A DNA stretch of 64,000 nt from contig NW_024704743.1 in assembly GCF_018977255.1 (NCBI RefSeq), positions 13,208,001 to 13,272,000 of the forward strand, in the 5' to 3' direction. The position numbers were made by a program, and so were the translations under genes. The notes under the pieces were generated by a model, which worked only from the letters and a program-made list of their open reading frames with translations, was not told the origin of the DNA and did no database searches. Positions 63,503 through 64,000 of this stretch are shown piece by piece; positions within the stretch are counted from its first letter, which is position 1; each line of letters opens with the position of its first letter. The DNA comes from Callorhinchus milii (taxonomy: Eukaryota).

Positions 63503-63720
63503 ATAATAATAATAATAATAATTTTTGCATTTGATATAGCACTTTTCACGTCGGGAGGACGTCCCAAAGCGCTTCACAGAACACACTGTAAAGTGAATTA
63601 ACTGTATATTTGTGGGCGAACGCGGCAGCCAATTGCGCACAGCAATGTCCCACAAACAGTCGTAGATTGAAAATGACCAATTTAATTATTGTTTTTGGTT
63701 TTTGGAGGGATTATTATTGG
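63503..63720 (-). mobile_element. Same SINE, 5'-truncated young copy
   Basis: Near-identical to 62554-62770; lacks the tRNA head. Confidence 0.9.
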
Positions 63721-64000
63721 GTTAAAATGTAACCTATATTCAAATGAAGAAAATACCCAGGCTGATAATCTATTCCATTTTCATTTACTGATCAGTTGAG
63801 TAAACTCACAAAATACATAGATTGAGTCAGATTTGTTAAATGGAATGAGGGAGGAAACAGGTTCTATTTGAACTTGTTAAAGTTTAAAGTTTGGTTTATT
63901 ATTTATATATTGATATATTTGCTATATCAAACGCAAGGATTATTATTAAAGGTAAGGATTATTATTGTTGCCCATCCCAGTAATGGCCCTGTGTACTGTA

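Overview
Vertebrate nuclear DNA, probably a cartilaginous fish. The repeat families look chondrichthyan, likely a chimaera/elephant-shark-type holocephalan (inference from repeat recognition, no database search). One protein-coding gene is well supported: TMEM170B on the + strand, with three coding exons (36832-36916, 42035-42205, 52503-52633; 128 aa), a GC-box/CpG promoter and a probably long AU-rich 3'UTR. The rest is mostly transposon-derived: CR1 and L2 LINE fragments, many tRNA(Ala)-headed SINEs with L2-type tails, older DeuSINE/SacSINE1-like copies, two copies of a ~750-bp TIR element, and short palindromic Penelope-like elements. Best leads: (1) TSD-flanked palindromic elements carrying minimal hammerhead-ribozyme motifs whose three copies have non-shared lesions; (2) a 160-codon alternative frame from an upstream ATG that stays open across all three spliced TMEM170B exons; (3) a 3.4-kb strand-asymmetric GC-rich satellite that grades into the promoter GC boxes. 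Most ORF-track entries are repeat artefacts. Exon coordinates were counted by hand; repeat boundaries are approximate.
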